Shown here in pieces: positions 13,082 to 27,027 of a stretch of DNA of 64,000 nucleotides; position 1 is the stretch's first letter; each line of letters opens with the position of its first letter. A program made the translations under genes and the position numbers. The stretch is from Chiloscyllium plagiosum (Eukaryota), in assembly GCF_004010195.1 (NCBI RefSeq), contig NC_057718.1:51045941-51109940 (forward strand). The letters run 5' to 3'. The notes under the pieces were generated by a model. That model ran no database searches and had not been told where the DNA came from. It was given only the letters and a program-made list of their open reading frames with translations.

Positions 13082-13159
13082 CTTCCATATTTTTTTCTCT
13101 TTCTGGAGATGTCATGGAAAAATGAATAGAAGTCAACATATAGCTCCAGAAAAAAAATC
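13082..13159 (-). pseudogene. CUB terminal pseudo-exon
   Basis: tttag acceptor and ag|gtaatt donor. GFFFWSY resembles the GF.x.Y CUB end. Confidence 0.45.
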
Positions 13160-13234
13160 CTAAATCTCTTACAGATATTTTTAATTTCCAAATTTTTCAA
13201 TACTTCAGCTTTGAACTCCTTCTCAATATCTCAC

Positions 13235-13379
13235 CTAGAATTAAAAACACATATGGAAGTACATGAGCCATACTTCAGTTCTTCAACTCTCAATACAGCT
13301 CCTGATTTCCAGATTGCCATCATACAATCCATTTCACATATCAATTCACAGCAGCTGATTCACACCATGCAACTTGTTT
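13235..13379 (-). pseudogene. CUB-like pseudo-exon
   Basis: tattattgcag acceptor and ag|gtgaga donor. Reads GLYDGNLEIRSC..RTEVWLMYF. Confidence 0.55.
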
Positions 13380-13571
13380 CTGCAATAATATCAAGAATTC
13401 TGAAAAAAAATCAGGTGCTAGCTAGTGCTGTTAGAAAATATGCCTTATATTTCTTCAAAGTGAATAAATATGTACAATTTATATCTCAGAACAAGGGGCT
13501 ATTCACCAGCCATGATTACATTTGGGGTGCAGTGAACTATGAGCAGATTCTCCTACTAATCAAAGATGATC

Positions 13572-13697
13572 TACACCTGATGAAGGAGCAGTGCTCCAAC
13601 AGCTAACATTTTCAAATAAACCCACTGGACTGTAACCTGATGTTGTGTGATTTTTGATCTTGTCCACCCCAGTCCAACACCGGCACCTCCACATCAT
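13572..13697 (+). mobile_element. Penelope terminal-repeat fragment
   Basis: cctgatgaaggagcagtgctcc..gtgtgatttttga..ccagtccaacacc, same family as 6515-6602. Confidence 0.7.
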
Positions 13698-14247
13698 GCA
13701 TTATGTTTGACAGATAGAGGACAAGATTATTGGATTATTTTATGTCACCTTACATGAATATAAACCTTTTATGTAGTAGACCAAGTTGTTTCACAGGTAA
13801 GTAGACAAAAAAGAGAGACAAAGCCAAAAAGGAGAAAAAAAGATACATTGGTTTTAAGGACTTCCTGGAAGAATGTAAGACAAAATGAACAAGCAGGGAG
13901 GTTAGAAAGGTAATTCCAGAGTTTTGAACATAATCACCAGTGGTGCACTGAGAGATGGTAAAATGGGCAAGTTAGAGATACAATGAACTCTGCAGACATA
14001 ACAATGCAACTTTACAGTTTTTAATAAATTTACAAAGTAATACTATAGGCATTATACAAGGCCAACACAGAAGGGCCAAGACAACTTGCATTTGTAAGGC
14101 ATCATTACCGTAGAAAAACATCCCAAGGTGTTAGGCAGAGGCTTAATAAGAATATAAATCAGTTTGAAGAAGAAACCTATATGGGCACAGTTAAAGGCAA
14201 AATCCAATATTTCATCTAAACATCTCATTATGTTGATTGTGGCTCAC

Positions 14248-14573
14248 CTTCGTGTTAAGGCGAAACATTTTAGTCCGAGCTGCCCAATGGGAAACTAAAA
14301 GAATTAGATTGGCCTTTATTTCTATACTGAATTAGCTCTTCAGTTACGTTAATGGAAAGTGAATTCAGATGCAGTATAAACCATGCACCCAATCTGATTG
14401 TCTCAGTTTCTCTTTGGTCAGGATAAGTTAAAGCTAACTTGTAACTTTGCCATGCACTGATCTGTAACGGATTACCTTTTGCCAATTTCAAAATGATTAT
14501 AGCCAGTACATGGACTGAATTATGATTTTGGTGTTTTCAGGAAACCTCATGAGGACTGTTCCAGCCAATCATT
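14248..14573 (-). pseudogene. CUB-like pseudo-exon
   Basis: Strong ag|gtgagc donor. SPCT/IILKLAKGNPLQISAW resembles C.W.I.v..g..l.l. Confidence 0.45.
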
Positions 14574-15825
14574 CTATACCATTAGACGAAAGAATAAGTG
14601 AAATAGGCTTTTACTTATTTTTTAAAAAATGTATATTACAGCTACATTTTGGATTTGGTCCACTTTCAAGGCCAGGGATCACATTGTTTGATTACCCTGC
14701 ACACAGCTGGATTGTTGCAAACATTACACTGCCTTTCATCAATACAATTGTTAACTGGTTGGATGCTCTGCATTGAACCCAGGCATATATGTAGCTAAGT
14801 GGCATTCAGAAACACTCCTGAAAGCAGCCTCTTAAAGGAGAGGTGTACTCAGGCTGTAGCAACTTGTGGAAGGTAAGAAATTGCAATTGGAGTTAAAAGG
14901 TAGAGACTCCTAGGCGTTCTGATATGACACTTGACTGAGAATCACTAACCCCAGTGGGGTTGTGGAACACAAGTTTTGGTATTGAGAATTCCAATGCAAT
15001 GTGATGACTGTGGAGCTCAGACTGAATGTTAACAAAGTCACAACTTTTTAACCTGTTTTCTGATAGTGGGTATGCCTTAATTGTCTATTCCAAGGCCTGA
15101 CTGCTGCCACAATACCAGTCTGTAAAAGGGTGGTTCTTCTCTTTTTCTGAGTGCAAATAACCCCCTCTCAGTCTACCAGTCAACCACTCACAGAACCACG
15201 TACCACCCCAACCTACTCAACAACTCTGACCTCCCTAAAACAACCCTGTTCTACTCCTTTCTATCTCAAATTTTCACACTGAGATCACATGAAGTGACCT
15301 AATATTTGTACTGCGAGTAAGCAGAAAGAGAGGAATATCTCAGATGAACTGTTAATGGCAACATCATATTCTAATCGTTCATGACATGCTTATTTGGATT
15401 TTGTACAGATCATTAAACACAGACATGGATTTTAAATCCTTTGCAGCCTTTTAATTCAGACTTGTGAAGGCATATAGTAAAACAAAATATCAGCATTTGC
15501 TTTTCTGGGTTTCTCCTTGAACAAGCTTTTAACATCCTGATTAGACAATATGCTAAACAAAGAAAGATGCTTTAAGATGACCAAGGCAATCAGTGCTTGT
15601 GTAGTGCAGTGATAGTGTCCCTATCCTTGGTCACAGGGGCCTGGGTTCAAGTCCCACCTTCTCTGGAGATGTGCCATAACATGTGTGACCAGGTTTACTA
15701 GAATATGCTTCCTAGAGAGCAATTACAAACAGAGATAGGTTAATGCCACCTGATTTTTTGAAGACCCTTTGGAGGGCCGATATGATTAATATTTTGTGAA
15801 GATTTTGACAGGAGCTCTCAGAACT

Positions 15826-16129
15826 TAGATTAGATTCCCTACAGTGTGGAAACAGGCCCTTCGGCCCAATCAGTCCATACCAACCCGCCAAAGAGTAACC
15901 CCACCCAGACCCATTTCCCTCTGTCTAATGCACACAACACTATGGGCAATTTAGCATGGCAAATTCATCTAACCTGCACATCTTTGGACTGTCGGAGGAA
16001 ACCGGAGCACCCGGAGGAAACCCACGCAGACACGGGGAGAATGTGCAAACTCCACACAGACAGGCACCCAAACCTGGGACCCTAGAGCTGTGAGGCAGCA
16101 GTGCTATCCACTGAACCACTGTGCCGCCC
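15826..16129 (-). mobile_element. HE1/V-type SINE
   Basis: Family consensus match. Confidence 0.9.
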
Positions 16130-16199
16130 ATGATTGTGAAATATAACTCTCTATCTACTGGAGGTATTCAGTTTCTGGTTTTTACCTCAATCACAGGTG

Positions 16200-17470
16200 T
16201 ATAAAATACATCTATCCAGCGGACAGGCTCTTGCTGGAAAACTATTGGCCAGGGAAGCAGACTTTGCCCTGGTTCTTCTGCTCACCTCAGGTACAGATTA
16301 CATGACAAATCACAGAGCGTAGCTGTAACGTTGAGCTACATCAGTCAAAGGAAGGATTCCAAGTGAAAGTGATCCTGACAGGAGATACAGTAACCAGATT
16401 TTTCATTGATTCATGAAGCTTCAGCAGCCGCAGGAATAGAAAGGAGATGTGGAAAGGCAGCACCCTTTCACTATCTCCCTACTAGTGGCACATCCACTCC
16501 CTATCTGCATCCCACCCCTTGTCACTTTTCCCTTCCACTCTGCCATGTAGAGTCCCTGATTCTTTACCTTTAGGTTGTTTTCTAGGATCTGAAGGACTAA
16601 AGTGAAGTATTGTTTCCCACTGGAGGGTGAAACAGGGCACCCTCTCAAATCAACTACTTGTGAATGCAGTGGCCAAAGAGGTCAGGCATCAAGGCCTGGT
16701 TACAGGTCCCCTAATGATTCAATGATCGCATGAGGGAAGAAAAGCTGAGTAAAGTAACACTTTGGGTGCCTAGACTCTCACTGGGCATTGCCTAATGTTC
16801 TCCTGCATGATACTCCACAGATGAACACACCTTACACCTCTGCCCATTTCTCTCTCTCCAGGCACCTCCTCAAATTCCTAATCGAACAATCAAACACAAT
16901 CTCACTACATGACACATCGAGGCTTTACAATCATATGCCATAACTGGTGTCCTCCCCTCTTGTCCATTCATTTCATTTTACACATCAATTTGTCATCCCT
17001 TTCCCAGCTTCCAGAAGAGGGTGCATGCAAACAAAGGTAGAGGGCCTCAGGGTCAGATTCATCCTTCCAATGACAGCCACCTTAATGAATACTGACAATG
17101 GATAGACACTGGAAGTGACGTTCCTCCATGAAGGAGACTCCATTCCAAGAATGTAGGCAAGTACTTGTCATGAAAACCTAATTCTCCTGAAACACCAGCG
17201 CTCACACATCAAGATCTTTTGCCTGTAGGCCCTGCATTGGTGTCTTACCTCTCTGGCTATTTCCTCTGTGTCATATGAAGTGACGTGGCTGAGGAAAAGA
17301 GAGCTCATGCTGCTCCAGCTATACCTGGTACTGTTGGTGTTGTTATTATTGATCCTGTTGTTCCTCATTAGAGGATCAGGGTGAGCTGCTCAAGCTGGTC
17401 CCATGCTGCAGTGAGTCTGACAGCAGGCAAGGTCAGAATAAGAAGCTGCAATGACTTCCAAAAGTGTCTT
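16200..17470 (-). mobile_element. Possible Harbinger Myb/SANT-like ORF relic
   Basis: EEIAREV..QCR..K in the minus frame at about 17200-17275. Weak. Confidence 0.3.
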
Positions 17471-17536
17471 TATTGCTAAAACAGGAAATCTTGTTGCAGT
17501 TAACTGTCTATATAAATACCAAAATGAGTTACACAA

Positions 17537-17885
17537 GACCATAAGACATAGGAGCAGAAGTAGGCCATTCAGCCCATTGAGTCTGCTCCGCTATTCATTG
17601 AGATCAAGGCTGATCTGATAATCCTCAGCTACACTTGCCTGCCTTGTCCCCACAACCCTCAATTCCCTTGCTGATTCTAAATCTGTCTATCTCAGCCTTG
17701 AATATATTTAATGACCCAGCCTCTGCAGTTTTTTGTGGGAAAAATTGACTGAGTCATTACCCTCTGAGATAAAGTCCTCCTTATTTCTGTCCTAACTGGG
17801 TGACCTCTTACTCTTAATAATGCCATGTGATCTGAGACTCCCTCACAAAGTAAACAATCTTTCTGCATCTACCCTGTCAACACCT
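17537..17885 (-). mobile_element. CR1 LINE 3' fragment
   Basis: agaccataagacataggagcagaagtaggccattcagccc is a reversed CR1-type 3' tail. Confidence 0.75.
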
Positions 17886-19074
17886 AACAACTCCAGAGGT
17901 TTTGCCCGCTTGCCTCTAAACAGATTAGACCTGAAAGTGGGTCGGGCCATGTCGAGTTTCTAAACTTGTTAAACTTGCATCTGCAGTCATTGTTTTTACC
18001 TGTTTTTACCGAGTTTCTAAACTGTCAGTATTTTTCAGGTCATGACTACCTCCCCCCTCAAAACCTTTCCTCCATAAGCTACACCCAAACCCAACACAGT
18101 ACTTCCAACATGATTAATGCATTGCAATGTCAAAGTTCCAAACAAACATCTGTGCCAATAAACAGTTTAGCTTTTCAGCAAGTTTAGGAGTTAGAATAGC
18201 AAGGATTACAGATGACCTGAAGCAATTGTTCAAGTGCTCCATTTTACTTGGAAATCAACTTATTTCAGGAGATGATGTTAATTTGATAACAAATATTAGG
18301 TAGGACTTGTACAATAACCAGGATGAGAAAACTGATGAAAGTAAAGATATATTTGTGATTGATGAGGTGAAGAAAGTGGGAATAAAGATGTAGGCAAGGA
18401 GATTTGTTTTTTAAACTAACTCACAGGTCACAATAATTAAATGCTACCATTTACCAGAAGTGCACAGAGCAGTCTAACAATAGAGTGAACCTCTCAAGGA
18501 TGAATCCAGCAAGTTTTTACACAAATATTAAGAAATATTATTGATACATTCTATCACAATGACACAAACAACTTCCTAGTACTGTGATATCATTCTGAAA
18601 GCATACCTATGTAAGTGTATCTATATGTCAGTAATGTCAAGGTACAACTGCTCCATTCTTTCTTCCTTTATTTTATAGGTTCTTTATGCAATACCATTTC
18701 CGGCCCAAGAGGGCAGGTTAAGAAGCCTCCTGTCTGGTCTCTTCCATTCTGTCGGACCCACATTGCCCTCTGATCTCTACATCTCAGATCTAAACTTATC
18801 ATCCTTGTATTTAAATCCCTCTATGGCCTCATTCCTTCATTTTTCTGTAACTTCATCTATTGCTGCAACTTTGCACCTCTACTGTCCAATTCCCTCAATC
18901 CAACCGTTTATGCGTCATCCATTCTTTTTGTCAGAAGTTGGTGACCATGCCCTCCACCACCAAGTTTCCACTTTATGACAATCCATATCTCAAGCCCTCA
19001 AATCCACTCAACAACTGAATTCGAGATTTTTAAAGAGGTCTCTGGAAAAGGCCAGTAAATTATTTTTATTCATC

Positions 19075-19530
19075 TGTATGCAGTGTCAGAAGAAACGACA
19101 GTGGTGAGTCCTATTCCACACTAAAACTGCACACCAGTGCAGGCAGTTCCTGTCTTCTCTACCCATCTAACACCACCCCTTTTCAGACTAACCAAAGATC
19201 TGAAATCACATCCCTGCAAGTCAATGTTAATCAGGTTTTTAACCTTCACACTGCCCCACATGGGCAACTAAAGTCCCTGCAAGTGGGTCATGGCCTGTTG
19301 ATGCAGGAGAGCTAATTTCACATGGAAATTGTGCTCTCCTTTTTAATTGATGTTCCATTTTTATCACTGAGCTGACATCCAAAATGAGATGCAAAGCATT
19401 GTCCGAGAGATCTTTTAGGTAGAGCATACTAAAAATTATCACAATGTATTAAACCAGTTGTTAAATATGTGCTTGAAATCATTACTGGTACCATTTGTGG
19501 ATAAGTAATTAATACATTCATCTCTTATTT
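19075..19530 (-). pseudogene. Possible CUB-like pseudo-exon
   Basis: DECINYLSTNGTS..NALHLILDV..GQCEG. Boundaries unclear. Confidence 0.35.
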
Positions 19531-19649
19531 TAACCAAAGCACTATTTAATTTCTTCTCTAAAATAAGAGACAGTATAATGTTGGACAGTATAATTCTTTA
19601 ATATTACCACGAATTTGGAGGGTGTCATCAACAATGTTTTCAAGCAGCA

Positions 19650-20886
19650 CCTGCACAGTGACACCTAGTTTGGATTCCACCAGGGTCACTCAGCTCCTGT
19701 CCTCATTACAGCCTTGGTTCAAACATGGACAAAAGAGCTGAATCCCAGAGGTCAGGTGACAGTGATAGCCTTTGCTATCAAGGCAACATTTGACTCAGTG
19801 TGGCATTAAGGAACTCTGGCAAAACTGGAAGCAATAGGTATCAGGGGCAAGCTCTCCACTGGTTAGAGTCATTCCTGACACAAAGGAAGATAGTTATGGT
19901 TGTTGAAATCAGTCATCTCACACCAGGATATCTCTGCAAGAGTTCCTCAGAGTAGTGTCCTCGGCTCACCCATCTTCAGCTACTTCAATTACCTTCCCTC
20001 CATCATAAGATCAGAAGTAGGTGTGTTTACCAATATTCAGCACCATTCACAACTCTTTATATACTGAAGCAGTCCATGTTCAAATGAAACAAAATCTGGA
20101 CAATATCCAGGCTTGGGCTGAAAAGTGGCAAATATCATTCACAGCCCACAAATGCTAGGCTATAACCATCACCAAGAAGAGACAATCTAACCACAATCTA
20201 ACCAACATTCAATGGTGTTACTATCATTGAATCCTCCACTATCAACATCCTGAGGATTACCACTGACCAGAAACACAACTAGACTCGTCACATAAACACA
20301 GTGGCTACATGAGCAGGTCAGAAGCTAGGAATGCTGTGGCAGGTAACTGACCTCTTGAATTCACACAGCCTGTCCACCACCTTCAAGGCATAAATCAGGA
20401 GTGCAGATGGGTTCAACTCCAATAACACTCAAACCTCTTGACACCATCCAGGACAAATCAGCCTGCTTGATCTGCACCCACAACCATTAGCATCCACTCC
20501 CTCCACCATCAAAGCTTAGTAGCAACAGTGTGTACTATTTACACACTATTTCTGTGCTGCAGAAATTCACTAAATATCCTTAGACAGAACCTTCCAAACC
20601 CACAATCACTTTCACCTCGAAGGACAAGAATAGTAGATACAACCACCTGCAAATTCCCCTCCAAGCCACATACCATCCTCACTTGGAAATATATCACCAT
20701 TCCTTCTCTGTTGCTGTATCAAAATCCTGGAATTCCCTCCCAAAGGGCATTGTGGGTCTACCTACAGCACATGGACTGTAGCCATTCAAGAGGTAACTCA
20801 CCATTACCTTCTGAAAGGCATCGAATGATGGGCAATAAATGCTGGCCAGCCAGTGATGCTCACACACCACAAGGGAATTAAAAAAA
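19650..20886 (+). mobile_element. CR1/L2-clade LINE RT and 3' end fragment
   Basis: IKATFDSVWH and VPQSSVLG (GVPQGS relic). Tail gggcaataaatgctggcc..aaaaaa. Confidence 0.85.
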
Positions 20887-20889
20887 CCT

Positions 20890-21187
20890 CTCAATTTAAC
20901 TGTGATTTGGCTTATTTTCAGTTAATGATTTCTTCAGTGAAAGGCTGCTGAATCATGTTAATATGAAAACCCTTAATATTCCAATGATATTGACTCTGTT
21001 CTACCCGAACTATCTTCTACCATTGATGTGGTTTCAGTCATTGTTTGGCTAGACCCCTTTCAAAGTTGAGTGGGTGACCAGCTGATTTATTTGTGAATTT
21101 CAAGGTCAAAGTCAATTTGTGTTAAAGAGAGGCTATTCTGTGGTGAAGGACAGAAACATTCAACAAGGATAATCCACACAAAGCCTT
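20890..21187 (-). pseudogene. CUB pseudo-exon
   Basis: ctttataaattag acceptor. FVWIILV..NSLSLTQIDFDLE matches W.I.v...i.L.F.dfdLE. Confidence 0.6.
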
Positions 21188-21284
21188 CTAATTTATAAAG
21201 AGTGTGTCATGAACAATATGTCTTTCACACTCAATTGTCAATGCACTAACTGCACAAATAAAGGTTAATTTTGTGGCTATTTAC

Positions 21285-21632
21285 CTCCCTGGCAGGTGAA
21301 TAGCCAAAAGGTAAAACATACAAGAAGAGAAAATTGACATTTTGTCTTACTCCCCGAAGGTAATTAAGCCAAGAAAAATGACATCAGTCCAACACTACAT
21401 TCTACATTATTCATCCCTGACTGGCTGCAATCCACGGATGACATTTCCTCAATCTTAGCAGAACAGGAATCATAGTATTCCATAGAGTATTTGATCACTC
21501 TGTGCCTGTACTTATCCTTATTACCTTCGACCCTGTACTTATTCAGAAATCCAGTAAGCACTATTTTTAAAGGAGCTAATTCATGTGTCATTAAATGCTT
21601 TTGAGGAGACTTTCCTCCACATTTGCAGGGAT
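21285..21632 (-). pseudogene. CUB pseudo-exon
   Basis: cttgcag acceptor and ag|gtaaat donor. DPCKCGGK..YWI..YSMEYYDSC..DVIFLGLITF..FLFLY across frameshifts. Confidence 0.6.
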
Positions 21633-21679
21633 CTGCAAGCTGTATTATTCAGTCTAACTTGAAGCCTACAAAATGCGTA

Positions 21680-21882
21680 CAGGCCATTCTGCTATAACAC
21701 ATGTTCTCTTAACACAATTGTTGAATTGGGGAAACCATTTCTAAAGTGCAAACTTTCAAAACGTGTGTTGACTAAAATGTGATTACATTGCCAACACTTT
21801 AAGTGCTGTTTCTACAGCACAATTTTTGTATAATATGGGGTTGCACAAGAATGCAGCCATCGCATTATAGAAAAACTACCCA
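21680..21882. mobile_element. Tc1/mariner (Tigger-like) MITE
   Basis: TA flanks and imperfect TIRs. Inverted homolog at 27028-27244. Confidence 0.65.
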
Positions 21883-22789
21883 TATACAGAGATTGTCCTT
21901 AGAATGCTTACACAGTGAAACTACAGAAACCACTCAGCTAAAATTTAAAAATAAAGACAAAAGAAAAAGATGTTGAACTATTTGCTATCCAGTGAGGATA
22001 TCTCATTACTTATGACACAAAACCAAATTACTGGCTATATTTGATGGTGATGATGCTTGCTAAGTCAGTGGTCGAGCTGCACAGAGATCAGTCAGGGTCT
22101 AGTTAGTTATTAGTTATGGTTTTCACTCCAAGGCAGTCGGGGTCACTATCAGTCCTGGGGACAATTCAATGTATGTCAAGAGGCATTATCAGGGGCCGGA
22201 GATGGTAGAGAAGATGGAAAAGCTAGTTGTGGGGATTGGAGGCAGTGTGCTGAGATGCTAAATGGATAATATTTGTGAAGTCCGGAACTCTACATATAGG
22301 AACATAGGAAAAGAAATTGGCTTTTCCACCATTCAATGAGTTCCATGTGATCTGTGGCCTAACTCCATATACCTGCCTTTGGTCCATATCCCTTAATATC
22401 TTTGCTTAATAAAGACATGATCTGTCTCAGATATAAAATTAACAACTGATCCAGTGCGGAAGAGATTTCCAAACATTTACCACCCTTTCTGTGTAGTAGT
22501 ACTTCCTAACATGTAAAGATGGGAGCGATAATGCATTGGGAGACATGGGTTGCTGTGGGAGCCGGAGTGATTAATAATTGCAACCACCCTGGCTTTGAAG
22601 GGGATTGGTGCAACATGATGGCTGGCAATGAGTAAGTGTTGGGCCAGGTCACCGGGGTAATGTTGGGAGACATTAATGAATAAAGTTGAGTGGGAAGATA
22701 GAGAAGATAGTGACCAGTACTGATCAGATCAATATGAATCACAAAGGTAAAATCGGCATGAAGATCCAGGGGAGTCATAGAGACTTAAG

Positions 22790-23650
22790 ATCATATAGCA
22801 CAGAAACAGGTACTTTGGTCCAACTCATCCATGCTGGCCAGACATCCCAATCTGACCTAGTCCAATTTGCCATCATTTGGCCCATATCCCTCTAAACTCT
22901 TCCTGTTCATATACCCATTCAGATGCCTTTTAAATGTTGTATTGTATCCACCTCCAGCAGTTCCTCTAGCAGTTAGTTCCATTCACGTACCAACCTCTGT
23001 GTGAAAAAGTTACTCCTCAGGTCCTTTTTAAATCTTTTCCCGTTGCATCTTAAACCGATCCCTTTTGTTTTAGATTCCTTTAACCTAAGAAAAAGATCTT
23101 GGCTATTCATCCTATCCATGCCCCTCATGATTTTATAAACCTCTATAAAGTTACCCTTCAGTTTCCGCCGCTCCAGGGAGAAAAAGCCCCTAGTCTATTC
23201 AGCCTCTCCCTATAACTCGAACCCTTCAGTCCTGGCAACATCCTTATAAATCTTTTCTGCACCCTCTCAAGGTTAACAACACCTTTTCTGTGGAAAGGTG
23301 ACCAGAACTGGAAGCAGTATTCTAAAAGTAACCTCACCAATGTCCTGTACAGTTGCAATTTGATGTCCCAACACCTATACTCAATGTTCTGACCAATGAA
23401 GGTGAGCATATAAAACACCTTCTTCACTACTCCATCTACCTGTGACTCCACTTTCAATGAACTATATAGCTGAACCCCTAGGTCTCTGTTCTGTAACATT
23501 CCTCAGGACCCTACCATTAGCTGTATAAATCCTGCCCTGGTTTGCCTTACCAAAATGCAACACCACACATTTATCTAAATTAAACTCCATCTGCCACTCC
23601 TCTGCTCATTGGCCCATCTGATTAAAATCCCATTGTACTCTGAGATATTC
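22790..23650 (-). mobile_element. CR1 LINE RT C-terminus and 3' UTR
   Basis: ORF 23158-23499: RDLGVQLYSSLK..LYRTLVRLLLEYCFQFWSP..LERVQKRFIRMLPGL. Confidence 0.92.
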
Positions 23651-24000
23651 TTCCAAACTTGGCTTGCGTTGCCTGTCATATTCATAAATGTTCATTGGAA
23701 GTGAAGTATAACTCAAGCCATGCCTGGAAAGCGTAGTGTCAATGCATTTATCTATCTTAACATGATGGCTATTACTTTTGAGTGATTTGAGGCCCTTCAA
23801 GGACTAACTGCATTAGTTAGACAATTCAAATTGAAGACATTTCTAATCATAGCAGCTTGCACGTTGTACAAATGCTGTGTCCAACTGTGTGGGATACAAA
23901 TCTTGGTCACAGACAATCTTGACCATATCCTTGGTTGTTACAGATTGATCATAGTTATCTTTATGAAGCTAAAGTAATTATAGGTGATTTTAAAACTCAC

Positions 24001-24323
24001 CTGCATGTCACAATTTAAAAGACAATTCAAGATCTCATATGGCTGCATAAGAGGTCAGAGGTGATTTCCTTTCATGTCATCAACTGTAACCATTCGCCAA
24101 TATGATCTTCTCTGCAATGCTGCCTGTTTTGCATGATGTGGGCATTGGAATTGGGATGAGGATGGAGTTACAAAATTTTAGGAATCCCACAGCACTTTGA
24201 TCTCCTGATTAATTTGTGTGGCATTGCTTGAGCTGCACACATTGGAATGATGTCCCCCATGTCAAAGGTTGATGTAGAAACAATCCAATACTTTCCTTGT
24301 TTGAGTGTTCCATGTCCTGCTGT
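24001..24323 (-). pseudogene. CUB-like pseudo-exon
   Basis: tcttccag acceptor and cag|gtgagt donor. GKYWIVST, EIKVLWDS and LELSFKL in shifted frames. Confidence 0.55.
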
Positions 24324-24499
24324 CTGGAAGACTATCCTTAACCATCATTTGTGTGAGATATGAATGGTTACCACTCACATTACTGAAGACCTGTTCTATT
24401 TCTGATATTCTCTACACTGGATCATTAGAAGCATGATTGATGGAATCTCCCCCCCTCCACCACAGAGGTTATCATTGCCAGGCCCATAATGCTATGAAA

Positions 24500-26057
24500 G
24501 CACTGAAAAATGGATGAGGAACAAATGCACCAGCAAGTCCAAGACTGCCACAACGTGGGACAGTTACCATTGGCCTGCAAATGAAGAAGTCACAACTGAA
24601 GGTCCCGTCAGTTCATCCAGGAGCTTCAGGAGGCCCAGAGTAAATCATCCTCAATGCCATTTCCTCCAGTTAAGCGAGTCACATTGCTGCCGCAAACTGA
24701 TGGTGCCCTGGAACACTGTCACTGAACATAGATTGCTGAAGATGGGCGTGGACAGCCATCCTATCACAGTAGCCACCAAGGTGACAGCTGCATTAAATCT
24801 TTATTCAATTGGCTGCTTTCAAACAACAATGGGATTCTGTGTGTGGTCTCATAGCTGTCAACCCATAAATGAGTCAAGACTGTTACCAATGTCATTTGTG
24901 CCAGATTATATCACTTCATTTTGTTTCCCCGTAATAAGGTCAGTGCTACAACTCATGCAGCAGGTTTTACCAACATTGCTGGCATTCCCCGCCAGGTGCA
25001 GTGCACCAGAAACTGTTAACATATTGTTTTAACATGCCACACCATAATCCAACAGATTTCATTGAGAGAAATAGGCTACATTCCAACAATGTCATCTGTA
25101 ATCATCAGTTCCCCAGCTTGGAGGTTTGCGCCAGGTTCCTTGGGAACTGCCATAATGCCTATATTCTTGAAGACTCCAAGTTTCCTGGTTTGCTTCAAGG
25201 GCCGGGTACTTTACAGAATAGCCCCTGAGGGGTTAAGTTCTAACTTCTGTGAGCCTAGCTGATGACTCTGTTATGAAATCCCATGACTGAAGTGGAATGT
25301 AGATGCAATGAAGTCCATTCTTCCCTGAGACAGGGTTCTAAGAAGGTGGAATCATGTTAAGGATTAGCAACCTGCATAGCCTGATTCTGAAAGCTGCAGT
25401 TACAATGACAGTCTATCAGACAGGTGATGATTTAACATAGTACCATATTTACAAATGTATTTGTGTAGGTTCACACAAGTGAACTTCTGTTTGCAATGAA
25501 GTGTTACCCATGCCACCCATACATTCTCAGAAGGTTTCTTTTTCACTGTCTCTCGCTACATGGTTAAATATCAACAGCACCAGATTTGTAGTCCAACAGG
25601 TTTATTTGGAAGTACTAGCTTTCAGACACTGCTCCTTCAGCAGATAGCTAACTGATGAAGGAGCAGCGCTCTGAAACTAGTACTTCCAAATAAACTTGTT
25701 GGACTATAATTTGGTATTGTGTGATTTTTAACTTTGTCCATCTCAGTTCAACACCAGACCTCCTCATCATAGCTCCCACTACATGCACTGTGAAGAAGAG
25801 CTCCTGGCTGGCAGTACTTGACCTGGTTTATAGCTGGGCTTGAACTTTGATGCCAGAGTCAGAAATCCCTGGTGCTCTCAGCTGTGGTGAGTACTTTTGT
25901 CATTGCTAAGTGCATGATAGCATCCGTGGGGCACCAGAGAGATTCAATATTTAGATAATAAGGTGAGCTGAGGAAAATGAGATAGCTCATGGACAGAAAC
26001 CTCTATGAAACTCACCAAAACTGCCACTTAGCCATTTTTTGGCAAAATTCAACACTA
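24500..26057 (+). mobile_element. PIF/Harbinger DDE transposase remnant
   Basis: PITVATKVTAALNLYSIGCFQTTMG and DFIERNRLHSNNV..EVCARFLGNCHNAYILEDS (NRKGFHS..RFPGSxHD motif). Confidence 0.8.
25575..25770. mobile_element. Palindromic Penelope terminal-repeat mini-element
   Basis: tagtccaacaggtttatttggaagtactag is inverted against ctagtacttccaaataaacttgttggacta. Confidence 0.75.
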
Positions 26058-26311
26058 TATTTCATGTGAGCTTTCTCTCATACTATAATTTCTCCTTCTA
26101 TTAAGATTTATTTATATTCAGTTTAATCTTCAGAATTATTTGTTTTGCTTTGAGTTTGATACTATCTTTAATCTTTTTAGACAACAACTGGACAGGCTGA
26201 AACAAAGTAGCAAAATGCCACCAAAATTTACTGCTAATTTAGTTTTGGTTTTAATGTTGATTGTGCGTAAATTTAATTGGAAAGCAAAACATACTACCTT
26301 GAAATACTTAC

Positions 26312-26372
26312 TTTTTCATATCCATTATATGACCACAGGTCCGACAATTATGAAATATTGTTGCATGGAAGG
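26312..26372 (-). pseudogene. Small CUB-junction pseudo-exon
   Basis: tgttcag acceptor and gtaagt donor. FHATIFHNCRTCGHIM reads as a CUB end plus the next CG start. Confidence 0.5.
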
Positions 26373-26463
26373 CTGAACACTTCAATTCACTCATTACATA
26401 ATTCAATTGTGCATCCTACTTCGTCTTTGTACTCTCTTTTCTAAACAGAGAGAGGGCAAACAC

Positions 26464-26691
26464 CTGCCCTATACTCTAAACGGTTCTTTAGCTTTGCATC
26501 TCGAACAGTTCTGTATTCGAGTTGGTATAGTGATGAAGAAGTAAATTTCATTCAGTTATTAAGTGGAATAAATGTTAATAGGATCCTCATTAGCAGTGTG
26601 ATGCTTCCAACCGAGACAGCCCCATCAGTTTTACCCTTCGAATATACTTAGGGAGGCTATCAATGTCAAGACCATGTGACATGCAGTTACA
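26464..26691 (-). pseudogene. CUB pseudo-exon
   Basis: DIDSL/SIFEG..DPINIYST**LNEIYFFIT, with a cag|gtgttt donor. Confidence 0.55.
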
Positions 26692-27027
26692 CTTATGAAA
26701 TACCTTCCACCCCTTTAATAATCCTTGCTATATGTCAAAAAAATTAAATTACTGAGATGATAATATTTTTAACTATATTAAGAACATTTGTATGGAAAAC
26801 GACAAATAATAAAATATATTTCACTTATGAAAATCACCTCAGCCACTGACTTATGATTTTGCCACTTCTCAAATACTAAATACCAAATTTTTCACAGATG
26901 TGCACTGAACCTAGATTTGTCCAACGGTCCAATGAGGCTCAACAACATAATTAGTTTGCTTTGCCAATTAAAATCATACAACAACAGAACAAAGTTCAAC
27001 TTTAAACCAGATGTTTTTGACAAAATA

